Position numbers and translations under genes: made by a program
Source of the DNA: Raillietiella orientalis
Lineage: Eukaryota
NCBI GenBank assembly: GCA_036172245.1
Contig: JAYWIR010000007.1
Location: forward strand, 806,001 to 870,000
Length of the DNA stretch: 64,000 nucleotides
Reading direction: 5' to 3'
Notes under the pieces: model-generated
Told to the model about the DNA's origin: nothing
Seen by the model: only the letters and a program-made list of their open reading frames with translations
Database searches by the model: none
Part shown: in pieces, positions 13,201 to 26,062 of the stretch
Position numbering within the stretch: position 1 is the stretch's first letter
Layout: each line of letters begins with the position of its first letter

Positions 13201-16200
13201 GGAGGAGGAGGACGTCTCCCGGGGAACGTTCCCGCTCATGCTCCCACGACATCTTTGGATGGTGCGCTCAGCGCCTTGACCGGACGCATGCGGGTCCGCC
13301 CGCAGGAAGCGCGGAGCACCAAAAGGAAGTCGACTCCAGGAACGTTCGCTCCCATTTCCACGAGGAGCCTTGGAAAGTCGATGAATAGTGCTCGGAAGCA
13401 CCTCGCGCCACCACTCCCTGCCGAGACCGCCGAAGGGAGCCGAGCGCCTCAGGGGGACGGGAAGATGGAGGGACTGCTTTCTCTGGCGCGTGCGTCTAGC
13501 GAAGGATGCGGGAAATTCACACCTGGAGACGGGTAGCGGAGGAGCGGCTTCGCGCGCTCTTCCTGGGTTGCCGGCGCCATTTTGGCGAACTTTGCACGCG
13601 CGGCAGCATCTCAGATCCGGAGCAGCAACGACCAGCGAGGAAGGGAGGGGGGGAGGACCTCCACGGCACTCCCGTCTCCCTCAGAAGCAAGAAACAGGCT
13701 TCCCGAGACTTCTTGGTGGGCCCAAGAAAGATACAGGCAGAAGAGGGGAGCGTGGTTCTACAGAAACATGTTCGTCTTTCTTCCCTCCCCTCTTCCCCCC
13801 GTCCCGAGCAAAGGGGCGAGGAAGGAAAAGAGGGAAAAGAGAAAGAAGGGAGAAAGAAGGATGACGAGGAGAAAAAGTGGGTGAAGGGAGGAGGAGGAAG
13901 AGGAGGAAAAGAGGAAGAAGGGAGGAGGAAGAGGAAGGGCGATGGCAGTGAGTTTGGCGACCCAAGAAACTCTCCTCGGGACGCACCTCCTTCCCCAAGC
14001 GAATCCCATCTCTGCCCGTGCGGTGGTTCTGAGACAGAACAGCGGTCGTCCCTGCCACCCCGAGGTGACGTCGCGGCCGATTGTGCGCGTCGCACCCCGA
14101 GGTGCGCGCGCACAATGCTGCGCATGTGGTGAACGCGACGTGGCTGCTGCTCCGCACCTCCTCCCCAGGGACTCGTGGGGCGGAATCACCGTGAGGCAGG
14201 GCGAGGCGATGCGCGACGTGTTGCCCGGGCGACGAGGAGCGATGCAAAGTCGCGTGCTGGCGGCGGGTGTCCCGTCTGGGCAGAAAAAGACCACGTCCTG
14301 ATCCGGAAATCTGCGCCTGAGTTTCCTACTCCCGACCCGCTCATTCTGAGGGCTGCGACGCTCCCGAGAGCCGCGCAGTTCCTTCGCTCTTGCCCGATGG
14401 GTCTCTCTTTCTCCCGACGGCCTCTCGCCTCTTAGAACCGGAGATTTCCTCCGGACGGGCTCTCTCTTTTGAGACAGTGGTCATGGGCGGGCCCTCCATC
14501 GCGTCAGATCTCCGCTCAGCGGAAAGATTTGTAGGGAGGCATCTCGGGGGCGTCCGAGGAAGGAGACGAATCAGGGGTATCTGGGGAGGCCTTGAAAGGG
14601 AAGGGGGAGTTCCTGTGCGGGTCGTTGGGCAAATCAGAGCTGAGGCGCGTCCCCGGGGATAAGGAGAAGGAAGGAAGAAGGGTCCGGGTTGAGGGAAGTC
14701 GAAGCTCATCACGTTCTCTTGGATCCTCCCGACGTCCCCGTGCTGCCTCCTCGAGGAAGAGATTCTCGTCCCCCACTCGCTGGCAGAAGGGAAGTACTCT
14801 GCATTTTCCGCGCCGCCATCTCCTCCTCTCGGCCTCCGTCTCCTGGGAGACGGCTTCCAGATGGAGGAGAGGTGGAGACTGCGGACGTCAAACGACCAGT
14901 CGGCGTCGGCGTGCCTTTGGCGACCATGGCGACCGGCGGTGCGCGCTCTTCTTCCCGTTGTTCTTGACGGGCCGAGAGGCACAGGCGAGCGGTCCAGTCG
15001 GGGGCGCCTTCCGGGTTCGGACGCTGGATGCGAGAAGGGGATCTCTCTTCCAGGGGTGCGCCTGTAACGTGCCCCTAGCAGCTGTTTTTTCTCTAGCACT
15101 GACTCCCATGCTTGGACACTTGCAGGTCACCGCCTCCATGTGCTACAAGTGGAATTCACTGCAGCTCCTCCTCTCCTCCTGCATCCGGCTCATTCTCATC
15201 CCGCTGATCATGCTCTGCGCAAGCCACCGCGGATCACCGCTCATACAGGGGGAAGGCTGGGCCTTTCTGTTCTCCCTCGTCCTGGGCATCACCAACGGGA
15301 TATTTGGAAGCCTTCCCATGATCATCGCTCCCAGCAAAGTGTCCGACGAAGACAAAGAGATGGCTGGTGCGTTCCTTCATCTTCCTCACTGTCCCGTCCC
15401 CCGTTGCCTTCCCGTACCACACCCCGGTCGAACCCGTCCTCTTGGTGGGCGCCATCTCCCTCGCGGCAGCACAGAGTTTGCCCGGTCCGCTTCGTCTTCG
15501 GCGACCTGACCCCTCCGGACGACTGTCGCATCGGAACAGCATGGCTCCTGCTCGGGCGCAGAGCTGGACGCCGGCGTGCCGGCCGAGGATGCCAGAGCTC
15601 AACGAATCCGAAGAGATACGCGTCTTCCAAGTGCAAGGGGGGATTGGCTGCTCCTCCGAGCTCTCCCAAGAACAGGAGGGATTTCTCCTTTTACCTCTCT
15701 TTCTCCTTCTGCCGCTTACTCTTCGTCCATCCAGCTCCTGGAAATTGATGCATCCGAACAGATTTTCTCTGCTCGCTTATCCTTCCTGGTGGACCATCCT
15801 TTTTCCAAGGTGGCTCCTGAATGTTTGCCTTTTTTTTTTTTAGGACTACGTGCTCACAGTTGTGGACTGTCCTTGTTTCAGGAACCCATGTCCCTCTTGG
15901 AAATCTTGAAACTTTCCCTGTCTGTAGCCTGAAGCCCCTCTGCTGCCAATCTCAGGAATTCATCGCGCTGTTCCGATGCATGTGCTGCCATCTCTCCTGG
16001 ACGCGAGAAAATGGCAGAAGGACGGAAAAAAGGGCCGGGCCATCTCTCCCCCGTTTCGCCCGCAACATCGGGCAGACTCTTTCGTTTCCTCACCTCCTCA
16101 TCCCTTCCCTCCTGTGCGCGCCCCTCTTCAGCTCGACGTTTTCAAGAGATCCTCCTCCCACAGTATCCCGTCACTCCTCTCCTAGAAACCTTTCGATGCA

Positions 16201-16570
16201 TTGGGACTCTTGGGCTTGCCCGGGGGAAAGGAAAGCGGTTTCTCTCCGGAACTGACGGAGGTCCTCCGTTCCAGGGAACATCATGACCCTGTCCTACATT
16301 GTTGGCCTGACGTCCGGATCGGCGTTCGCCTACCTCCTCGACTTCCTACTGGGGCCGTCGCTCCACAGCTCTTGCATCCGGCAGGATTTCTCCACACTGC
16401 CGAACGTGGAAGCCCCAGCGGCCCCGATGACCACCCCCGCGTTCCACGCCGCCAGACTGCTGGAGGACGTGTTCCTCCTGAACCGCAGCGCGGGCAGCGG
16501 CTTCGCGGCGACGAACCCGGCCAACGTGACGGCGGTGCCTGCTGGTGTCCTGGGCGTGGCGGTCACGTGA
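4298..16570 (+). CDS. SLC29A4: Equilibrative nucleoside transporter 4-like (PMAT/ENT4 clade), 9 exons, ~612 aa
   Basis: Exons 4298-4455, 4882-5036, 8548-8676, 9020-9094, 9162-9406, 10725-11076, 12506-12693, 15126-15366, 16275-16570. All introns GT-AG, phases consistent, total 1839 nt. ENT4-typical motifs: LAGVGFLLPYNSF, KYPGTTIVFDMS, QQSSFYGYTSMLPSRFTQAVMIGES, YFVTLSLFPGIESEI, FNLFDFIGK, LGITNGIFGSLPMI, GNIMTLSY. Confidence 0.95.
5223..5464 (+). repeat. Dispersed repeat copy 2 (ENT4 intron 2)
   Basis: Aligns by eye to 2079-2341 with scattered substitutions and one short deletion. Confidence 0.9.
7890..8500 (-). mobile_element. Decayed LINE reverse transcriptase N-terminal fragment
   Basis: Minus-strand PRSCSRASLLPLRRERGDPAITLL resembles the L1/Tx1 RT motif PxSxRRAxxxLLPKKGD...RPITLL. 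Confidence 0.4.
9430..9605 (+). repeat. Polypyrimidine (CT-rich) low-complexity tract
   Basis: Almost entirely C/T. Similar tracts at 13810-13940 (GA-rich) and 17555-17650. Confidence 0.85.
13935..14300 (+). mobile_element. Repeat related to 10140-10200; likely LINE AP-endonuclease N-terminal relic
   Basis: gtttggcgacccaagaaactctcctc here versus gtttggccacccaagaaaccctcctc at ~10159. Both translate LATQETLL, resembling the APE 'LQET' motif. Confidence 0.45.
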
Positions 16571-17639
16571 GCACGAGTGGTCCGAGCGTGCTGCTGCTGC
16601 TGCCGCCCGCTGCCGCCGCAGCAACAAGGAAGCGCTGCGCCGCAGCAACGACGCAGCAAGCCCTGCAGCGTCGTTGGAGCAGCTCTCCTCGCACGCGCTT
16701 CCGCCTGTTTCTTGCTCGCACTTGGCACCGGCTCGCCAACCTGCCGGTTCCTCCGGCTGCGAAGGGTCCGTCCCTCAGGCGTTTGGAGCTGGCGCGCGAC
16801 CTCCGCCTGCAGGGCAAGTGGACCAACCGGCGACCCTACCCCCTTGGTGTTTCTTCCCGTTTATTCAGTCTCGTCATCTGCAAGAAAACTCGTCGAAAAA
16901 GAAAAAGTCTCTTTCTTGGTCCAGAGGCTACCGCCTCCGGAAATGTGGGTTGCTCTTCTCAACTCGGTCTCGGATGGTGCACCTCGTGGGGATGCATCCC
17001 CGCGGACAGACTCGGCTCCGTCCCTAGCGCCCGATCCTACAGGTGCCCTTGCGTGCGTACCGAGGGCGTTGTTCGTCCACCTTCCCCGACCATGGAAGCC
17101 ATACGGACCACCTGACTCCTCTGGCAAGCCGTGCGCACACTCGTCGATCCTTTTCAGGACTCAACTCTTCCCTCCTTTCCACGCCGCGTTTCCAATGACC
17201 TATTCGGACTTCGGTGAGGATCGCCCTTCCGGTCTCCGGCTTTCAAAGGAGGCACCCTGCACCAAAGAGGAGACGCCTCCACCCTGTTTCAGGCATCCAA
17301 GAAGTCCCAAAGATCCGCCAGCACCCTCTGGGGCTGTTCTCTAGGAGTGCGTGCGTGTAACCTCCCGTTCAGAGAGGACAACCCCGTTTCCTTCCTGTCG
17401 TTTCCTTCAGAAGGAGCTTTCAGAAGGCATCTCTATCCGCTGCATCCCGCTGCGAGCCTGGAAGAAAGTCCGGGATGGCGTTCTGACTCACTCCCGGTAA
17501 TGCTTCACCGAGGGTGATCCCCTTATTCGGGGAGGAGGGATGCTGAAGAATCTTTGTTTCTCTTTCTCCGTTCCTCCTTCTTTTCCCTTCCTCCTCCTCT
17601 CTCCTTTCCTCTTCCTCTTTCCTTCTTCCTCCTTCTCAT

Positions 17640-19300
17640 CATTCCCCTATTTCCCGCTCAACTTCTGGTGAGACGTGTCGACCCGTGGTTGTCCATGCAC
17701 CCGGAGACAGAGCACCCGGCGATCGCTCAGATCTTTGGAGACACTGCCAGAGACCTTGCTGGAACGGGATGGCTTTCGTCCTCGGCACGCTGGCGAGGGA
17801 TGATGCCTCCGAGGTCTCACGCGAAGCATCGACTTCTCCCCAGATCACCGGGAGGTCCGTCTGCCTCCTCGATCAGCGCGAGAAGACGGTTGGGCCCTCC
17901 GGCGGCGGGCAACGAGCCCTTCACGGACCGGCCCTGCCGTGACCTCGGGTCTCCCAGGTGCATCCGGCTCGCCTGCCCTGCTCCAACCGTCCTTCCCTCC
18001 GCGACGGAGGCTTGTGCGCCACCCGACGAGGATGATCCTGGGAGGAAAACTTCCGTTCCCTCGGGGGTGGATGCAGAGCGAGCTCATCCGCGCCCCCTCC
18101 ACGTCGGCGACCGACGCTCTCGGCCTGCGATGCTGCAGGCAAGGAAACTTCTAGCCTTCCACTCGGAGCGCGTTGCTTGGTAGACCTGCACGCAGCTCTC
18201 TGCTCCTCGCGCTCACGGCTCGGACAAGCTCTTTGCTTTCCCCTTTTTCCGGCCGCTTCCTCCGTCCCCTCAGGCAGACGGCATACTTGGGAATCTCCCA
18301 GGGGTCTCCTAGCTCCATCCCCTCCCTCCTTACCCTCCTCGGTACTCCTCAGTCCCACCGTATCTGAATGGGATGAAGGTGGCAGTGCGGCATAGAGGGC
18401 CAGCAGCGTGCCCGGAAGCTTCGTCGGTGGCCTGACACATCTTTTCTTCCCCTGGGCTCTTGCCCCGCTGCTAGGTTGACTCCTGGGAACAGCAACTACG
18501 AGAGACGCCTATCCGCTTCCCCACCCCCTTTCTTTCCATTTCCTGAGCACGGGTTCCTCGAGAGATGCTCTGGCGGAGACTGCTGGGAAGATCCCAGCTG
18601 GACCACCATTACCCGTCCTCGTCTGTCGGACCTCCTGCTTCCTGGGTGCGGGAAGCAGATCCCACTGCCTGTGGCGACCGTGGAGCCGACTGCACAAGGC
18701 TCGATCATGGCGCACGAAGGAAGCTGGGAGAGAAGGAGGAGACTTCCCGTGGCTGAGGGAAAGGTAATGGAGACTTCTCGGTCGCCCCCGTCGCCTTCCC
18801 TGAGACCTGGAGGCGGGGAGCGGAGGCTCATTGCGATCGATCTCAGGGTCAGCCAGAGCCGTTCGCCAGTTCCCACCGAATACTGATATATCCTTCCCTC
18901 CTTCCTTCGCACGCGATACCCGAGAGAGAATAGACTTTGTCGCTTTGAGTGCCATCTCCCGATGGATGCTTTGACTGAGGAGCGGGTGTGTCAGCGTTCT
19001 CTAGAGGACGCTCTCCGAGAATATACGCGATCCCATGAGGCCAAGGTTTTTTCTTTTCTGTTATCCAGGAAAGATGGAAGGAAACGAGAAGGGTTGAGGT
19101 GAGAGTGTGACTGGCTCGGGAAGGCTCTGAGAGTGAACCCGGGTCATCTCTCTCGGGGCTTGCGCCAACCGACGTCGTGCTTTCTTGGATCGCTGCCTTG
19201 TCTGAGCGAGCCACCCTCCTCATTGCGGGAGTGTGGTTAAGTGTTCTGTGGCTTGCCTTTGGTGGGAACTTCATTAATACGGTGTACCCCGGCACCCCTC
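17640..19300 (-). mobile_element. Decayed L1/Tx1-like LINE ORF2 (AP endonuclease to start of RT)
   Basis: Ordered minus-strand relic motifs: TLNH...AAIQES...HGIAYIL...GYISIR...FPHPGSRRSDR (APE), then GGPNRLL (PGPDGL-like) and VPRTKAIP (RT domain 1-like). Many frameshifts. Confidence 0.55.
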
Positions 19301-19949
19301 TCAAATGAAGCCATCAGAGGAGGATTTTCATCTGGTCACTCCAGGTTTTTTAAAAATAGGCATACAAAAAGCAGCAAGACCATTTGCCCTGCCAACTCCG
19401 ATTATCCTTTAGGGGGTGCCGATGAGGTCCGTGAACGAAACGGCGGGGAATATGAGAAGCAGATGCAGCAAAAAAGATAGACAAGAACAAATGACCCAAT
19501 GGTTGGAGGGCAGCGGAAGGGATCACTGACTGTTCCTTTAGGTCCTCTGCATCCTGGCGGTAGTCGTAGCGCTCTGCACCCCTTCAAGCTTGTTCGCATG
19601 CAGGAGATTCATCAGATCTCCAGGAAGGGACACGGCAGGAATTTATCACCCGGTCATACCGAGACGTTTATTCACAAAGAATAAACAAGTTGGATGCGGA
19701 GTCCCCAACGGAAAAGGAAAAAACAACAACAAAGAAGTTCGAAGGGACGGTCTGCCGACACGCAAATCGCAACGCAACTCTAAAAGTCTGGGACGGGAGG
19801 GAGGGGTTGATAAATAAACAGGATAAAAAACAGGGGTGAAATCTCTGGCATCTTCCGATCCTCATTTCAAAACCGGGGAAGGTCCGGAGAGGGTGGAATG
19901 GGGCGATGAATAAATGAAAAGAAAGGTAGCAAGGGACAGAGGACTTTGG

Positions 19950-20450
19950 CTTCGGTTGTTACTTCGTCCTAGAAGCGCCGCAGAATGCCGGCGATCTCCC
20001 TTTTTACTTCTTCCCGATCAGGCCACACAGCAGCTGTCCTCGTGTAGGCGGCTGCTGTGAGGAGATCCACGTGATCTCCGCAGATCAAACACGGGAGGTC
20101 GAACCGATCTCGGGTGGACGGCTGCTTCTCACCTGGGTGCGCCGATGAGTTTATTGCGAAACTATCCGGGAACAGAGTTACCGGACAAAGGGCACAGAAA
20201 AACGAAGGGAGGGATCCCCAACACGCAGGTCGGTAAACCCGAAACTCCGGAACGGGAGGGAGGGGACCACAAATACATATTTAAAAAAATGTAAATAAAA
20301 AAATCTGGGGAGAGGAGGGGACAGGGGTCTTTGGTTTTGGCCGTTCCTTCCTTTCAGAACCAGCGTTGGATGCCGGAGATCTCGTTCCTTGCGTCTTCTG
20401 GAAGATGAGACCACGTGGCAGCCGACATCATGTGGGACGGATGGACGGCT
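19950..20450 (-). mobile_element. Two 3'-end fragments of the same LINE family seen at 53.4-57.5 kb
   Basis: The minus strand reads gcagccgcctacacgaggacagctgc...ggagatcgccggcatt, matching ~55037-55110 (+). Peptide SAATWSHLPEDARNEISGI matches TAARWPQLDAEVKQEIADM at ~56.95 kb. Confidence 0.7.
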
Positions 20451-20459
20451 GCTGTGGCC

Positions 20460-20700
20460 TTGCGGTACCGTCTAATATCGCCTTCCTGCTTCGGCCAGCC
20501 GTCGAAGCCGCTGCAAAGGGCGTGCGGTTCGATGGTGCCGGTCGCGTCGGCCAGCTGACTCTCAGGTGGTCCCACTTCATCGACCTGCTCATCACCAACC
20601 TGTACGCCCCTAGCGGCAACGGCGCGTTAAGGGCAAATGCAGGAAGAGAATTCTTCCTTGCTCTGAGACGCGAATGGCTGATCGAAGCGGGTGGGCGCAA
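20460..20700 (+). mobile_element. LINE AP-endonuclease fragment
   Basis: NIAFLLRP...FDGAGRVGQLTL...LLITNLYAPSG...REFFLAL fits the L1/Tx1 APE pattern GVAIL...DxxGR...NVYAP...RxxFF. Confidence 0.7.
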
Positions 20701-22449
20701 AGCGCTGGGCTGCGTTCTTCATCATTCCACCAGAGGAACGAGCTAACTAGTGACCACGGTTAGCTCGTTCCTTCCACTCAAGTAGCAGCATTCGGCGCTG
20801 CTCATATTGCATCCAGGGCTTCATGTGCAACCAGCACCGGCACCATGTTCTCCCCGTTAGGCCGGGTAGTTTTTTTTCAGAGGAGGACAGTGGAATGCGT
20901 TGCGACACTCACATCCGAAAGAGTGCTGTTTGTGATGGAAAGTAGCATGCAAGAAGTGCGGTAAGATAGAGTGAAGATAGAAGGGCAGGTTACACACAAA
21001 AAGTGCGAGTCTCAGAAAGACAGGAACTCCTAATGATCCCACATCAACGAGTGAAAGCCACAACTGCCACTGAGAAACCTAACATCAGGCAGGAAGCATA
21101 AGCAATTCCAGTACAACATTTAGATACTACAGTGACAACCTCTGAGCAGCTGGGATGACTCTGTGAAAGTCTGATCTGCCCTTGGAGATACAAGACATTC
21201 TCCCTACTTTGTTTCATGAGGTTCTCTTGTGTCTCATCAGTCTCGGGAAGTCCCGAAAGATGGACAGAAAATCCGAAAGATCAATTCCATGTTTCATGGG
21301 ACGTATGGGAAATCTGGGAATAACCTACATTGGATCCACTTGCCAAACACCGTATTGAGATTGTAAATTGGTAGAGCAAGAAGCAATCGGTTTGGAGAAG
21401 AAGACAAAGGCTGAAAGTCCTGTGATAGCGAGAGAAGAGAATGCCTGGTGCAATCCTATGGTAAGGATGGCTGCCACCACTTCCTCGTCAGAAGAATCCC
21501 TCTAAACCAGGAAGTGTATATGCAGTGGCTGGAGACATGATGGAACTGCTAAAGAGAGAAATGTGCATTCGGGGATGTGGTAAATTTTCTGTGTGGGCGT
21601 GCTACATTTCGGAGAAGTTCTAAAGACACAGCCCGGTCCATGAACAATTATCCTCAGAAGGATATGCGATTACCAGAAATGTGGAAACCATTTGTGTGTA
21701 ATGATGTAGAGAGCACGTTGTTCCGTTTGTTTGCTTAAGTCTAATCCATTCCACCACTTGCCGGATTGGATAAAATGCAGGTATTCATTCAAAGGGTTTG
21801 TTTTTCTGTGAGAATGGTGGCGCAATTACCTGTGAAGACTGTTAAGGTACAACAAGTGGCTGCCATGTAAAATTGCATAATTAAGCAGCAGCCAACACTG
21901 AAAGGTCATCGGTTTCAATAGAGCTCAGGTTTCTTGAACGACCAGCATTTTCGAGCATAAATTATGACTGCACATTCTTTGTAACGAAATAACTAACCAT
22001 AAACTAACATAAATAAACAGTAAACTAACTTAACATTGCATTAAGTGGATCCATGTTGCTTTTGATGATTTTGTCAATATTCCTCAAATATTGTCTTTAT
22101 AATCATTTTGCTTTTTTTGACATGAGGGCTTACAAGGAATGAAAAATGAATATCATACCGTCAAGGAAGGGGGAAATTGAGGAAAAAACTGAAAGAGTTA
22201 AAAAATGTCAAGTTATGAGTGGGATATGTAGGCTTATGAAATGAAACCATACATTCGAAATAGCTGTCAAAAAATATTAAAATTTCGATTCGGTGTTCCT
22301 TTATATATTAAACTTGCCACAATAATATGAATTTGCAAAATGCTTGAAGTGGCTCACGTTTGCTGCTAAAATATTCCGTTTCATTTTCATTTTACTTCCA
22401 CATCTTTCTATGAATTCTGAAAGCATCATTTGATGCAATTTTAAAGTTT

Positions 22450-24750
22450 TTGGTTTTTATTAATCTGCAAATAAATGGCTCTTTCAAGTGGAAGTTCCAA
22501 TTTTTATTTTTTTGTAAAATTACCGACACTACAGCTGTTATTACAAGAGTCAGATCAGAAGGTTCATTTTATCACTTAGAGTTTCCAAAATCAAATCATG
22601 TTTCGTGGATGTCTGATAGTTTCAGTTTTATTTTGTCTCAGATTTGCAGTTTGAACAGTTTAAATTTTTTGCCGTATACACTGATAAATATCATGCGAAG
22701 GTCAAACGAGTGCATTTCGTTTGTGGGCATGTTGCTTCGACTTAATAGTGTTCAGTTTTATTTTGTAATTCTCAATTCCATGAGCCTTCCGAGATGAAAG
22801 AATTCTTCCGTGCCCTTACAGCATGTAGTATATGTTTTCTTTGTGCGTATACATGGCAAAAACTTCCCGAATTAGAAAAGTTATTGGAGCATCGAGATGA
22901 ATTTGAATTGATAGACACACGAGATGGCAAAAACCGCTATATAAGGAAATAGGATGACTGGGTATGTAATCCAAAATTTTCTAAAACTGTTTCTGCCCAA
23001 TTCATCAGTCCCAACTCAACAGATGCAGAGTATCTTTTTAGAAGTAGTAGGCGAAATTAGTAAATAATTTTGCCAATCGTTCTTCTGTATGCTGCCTGAA
23101 AAGCTTTCATATCAGAAGTGATAAATTAAGTGAATAGCAGTTGGACTTTCAGTGTAAAAAACAAAGATTGTGAAATTCCGAAAGACTGTATTCAACAGAA
23201 TTTCTAGTAGTGCTTACCATTTACTTACCCTGTTTTTCCATAGTTTTGTTAAAAAATATTCAGCATAAAGTAAGTGGGGAAGTATTTCAGAATCCAAGAG
23301 GCTCCCATTAAGAAATTTCGTATTAGCTATTGAATCAATCTCGCTTTGCAAGGAAAGCAAAGAAAACTCCCCTACCTTTACCCATTTTGTTGTTATCATG
23401 CTGTTATTTTGTATTGGAAATATTCAAAATAATTTCCCGTATTTCTGTAATAGAAAATGCTTATTCGTATTTATTCTTAAATCAGCTATTTAATGGAATT
23501 AAGCTTGACCCTCAAATGCATTGAAAATCATAAGTTTTTTGGTTTGTTTTAATTTAATGTAAAATTAGTTGTGAGTTTATTTTTAAATTTAGTTGTGTAA
23601 CACCCACACTTAACAGCTGCAGCATGTTTGTATACCCTGGTACATACACATATTTGGAAGTGCTAGCTACCATTTACTTACACATAAAACTGAGTTCATT
23701 GATTTGTTTAATAAGGCTGTTGATGCTCGGTGATGTGAGATTTTCCGAATTCCCAAAATACGTGGACTTTTGTGTATGACTGATTTTCATTTCTGATTTT
23801 AAAGGTTTCAGAACATAAAGCAGCTTAAGATTATTGATGTAGGGCAAACTAAGGGATAAATTTATAATTTTTAGCAGTTTTGTCCTTTTCAACCAACAGA
23901 TGTAAGATTGGATTATTAAAAATATGTTCTGTGATTATTCTGAACAAGCTTGTTTTTTAATAACAGTGCCTGGATTGCAAAATTATCATTAAGCATTCCC
24001 ATGTTATTCTAAGAAATATAACTGTACATGGTTTTCAAATTTGCATAAGCTCAAAATAAGTTATGAAAGTCTACTTTTGAATAAAAAACAATATTCTTCA
24101 TGGGTTTTTACAAAAAAAACAGAAAAAAGATTAGTAAAAAGTCATAACTGCTTGCTTCATTATGGTTAGAAATACATAAGCAGGAATGTTATAGTAGTCT
24201 TGTGTAACTTTTTGAAATGTTTTTGTGACTCCCTAAAGGAACAGATATAATCCCTGGACGTATGGGAATTATCAACACTTAATATGTTAAACTTGTCTCT
24301 CCCAAAGGTTTTCTAAGATTGTTTCAAGAATTTTATGATAGTAAAACACAAAGAATGATTTCAGAAAACTTTAAAATGGATCACATTTTTCAAGAAACAG
24401 TGGGAAGTTTCAAAGCCTGTAAGGTACAATACAATTCTATCAAAAAAGAAATAGCTGAGAATCCGAGAATGGTTTTGCATAACTGTAAGTTTTCGTATTT
24501 GGCAATAGAGCTAATATCACTGAAGACTGAGGAGTCCATCTTGAGAATCAATTAAAATGAAATGTTTCGAATTGATTGTTTCAGAAAAGTTCGGTAAGAA
24601 TGTGAATACAAAAGCATGCCGAGTATCAGATTATCTCAGAAACTGAAACTAAAAATTGTAGGATGGTACGAAAACAAAAGTGGATGTATATTCTAGGAAA
24701 GGTTGTTGGGAGAAATTTGTTGGTGAATTTATTCAACCCAGAAATAATCA
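22450..24750 (+). mobile_element. Highly decayed AT-rich L1-like ORF2 relic
   Basis: Weak ordered similarity only: RSEGSFYHLE / SQICSLN / ISFVG (APE-like, 22450-22797) and KFSYLAIEL (YLGI-like, ~24490). Confidence 0.3.
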
Positions 24751-26062
24751 TAAAGCAACAGTGAAGCATTATTATTGATTTGGGTTGAGGATGGGGGTAA
24801 TTTTCACAACTATAATATTGCTAAAATTAGTAGGAAACTGTAAACACATTGAAATGAGAGCATAAGAAGAAAGGTTGGTTTCCCATGAAGATATTGGTTA
24901 TGAATATAAGTATATTGGTGTACACAAACAGATATGCCTAGACTTATGGATGATGATTTGATACTGCATAAAGAACTTGTTTCACTTCCAATAGCATAAT
25001 GTTTCAAGGGGTTTCCAGTGGTGTCATTTAGAATGATTCGTTATCCAGAGTTGATTCATTAGAGAATCTGTAGAAAACTCCAGTAGGGAAAATAACAGTG
25101 AAAAAATGAAACAGAATGAAACAAAAATGAAATTTTTGGGGGGTCAATTCAAAGAACCGAACTGGGTTAGAAAGTAGGCAAACATTGTTTATTTAACAAA
25201 AAGAGAACAGTAGCATATTTATGTATCAATGGAAGCTTCATAACATCCAACTTAGATTTTGTAGTGATCCTGTGACATTATCTGTAAGGAGAATATAACA
25301 AACCTTTTAGTGCATTTGGACACTGTTTCTCTTGACTAGAAAAGAAACATATTACAAGTATTTGATAAATTATTTTCATTTACATGATCAAATGTTTCAT
25401 CATGGTATTATTTTTGTTCTCACTCTACCTGGTTTTTAGAGATGAAATGTGAAAAAATTTCCTGACCTTAAATTAGGTAACGTTTCCTGATTTGTTTGGT
25501 GTCAAAATTGATCAGCATTTTGGTCCACGTTTACATCTATTTCTACTGGGCAGATAATAGTTCTTGTTTGAGAATGTTTGAGCATATTTTAGGTACTTTT
25601 GAATCTAACAATATTAAAAAATAGCAATCAGATTTAAAAAATTTAGAGATGATTTGAAATGAAGTGTCTTTCTTCAATATCTGTATGCTGATCATTTTAA
25701 AATTAGTGAAATTTCTGTTACGTGTGATTATTAATTTTAGCTCAAAGGCATGACAATGTTGTCATGACATGACAATCTTTTTTTTAATTATTTGTTTTTT
25801 TATTAATCTTCAGGAAACTTTGTAAAATATTGTTTTTATAATTATTCGGTTGTAAAGAAATTTGCGTATTTACAAATTTCGAATTTCGTAATAATCACCA
25901 TGGTATATATCCATTCTTTTTAAGTAACTAAAAAATTTTGACCCATTTTTAAATAGGTTGCATGCAATTCCCAGAAAATTATTCTATAAAAATTGCAGAA
26001 ATTGTTGGAAAGTTTCTAGCATTTCAAGAATTCGAAAACAGCAAGCAATAATAATTCCCTTC

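Noticed and set aside
1..20800. Many 100-300 aa overlapping ORFs on both strands
   Set aside because: Arg/Pro/Ser/Gly-rich products expected from stop-poor GC-rich DNA. They are explained by ENT4 exons, low-complexity tracts and LINE relics.
20880..21000. Gag-like zinc knuckle (HPKECC..KVACKKCGKI)
   Set aside because: Short and interrupted by stops. It may be a LINE ORF1 relic, but I cannot support it as a feature.
20700..21100. Chimeric assembly of two organisms
   Set aside because: The same repeat family occurs on both GC-rich flanks and AT-rich patches also occur inside ENT4 introns. Not excluded without reads, but unlikely.
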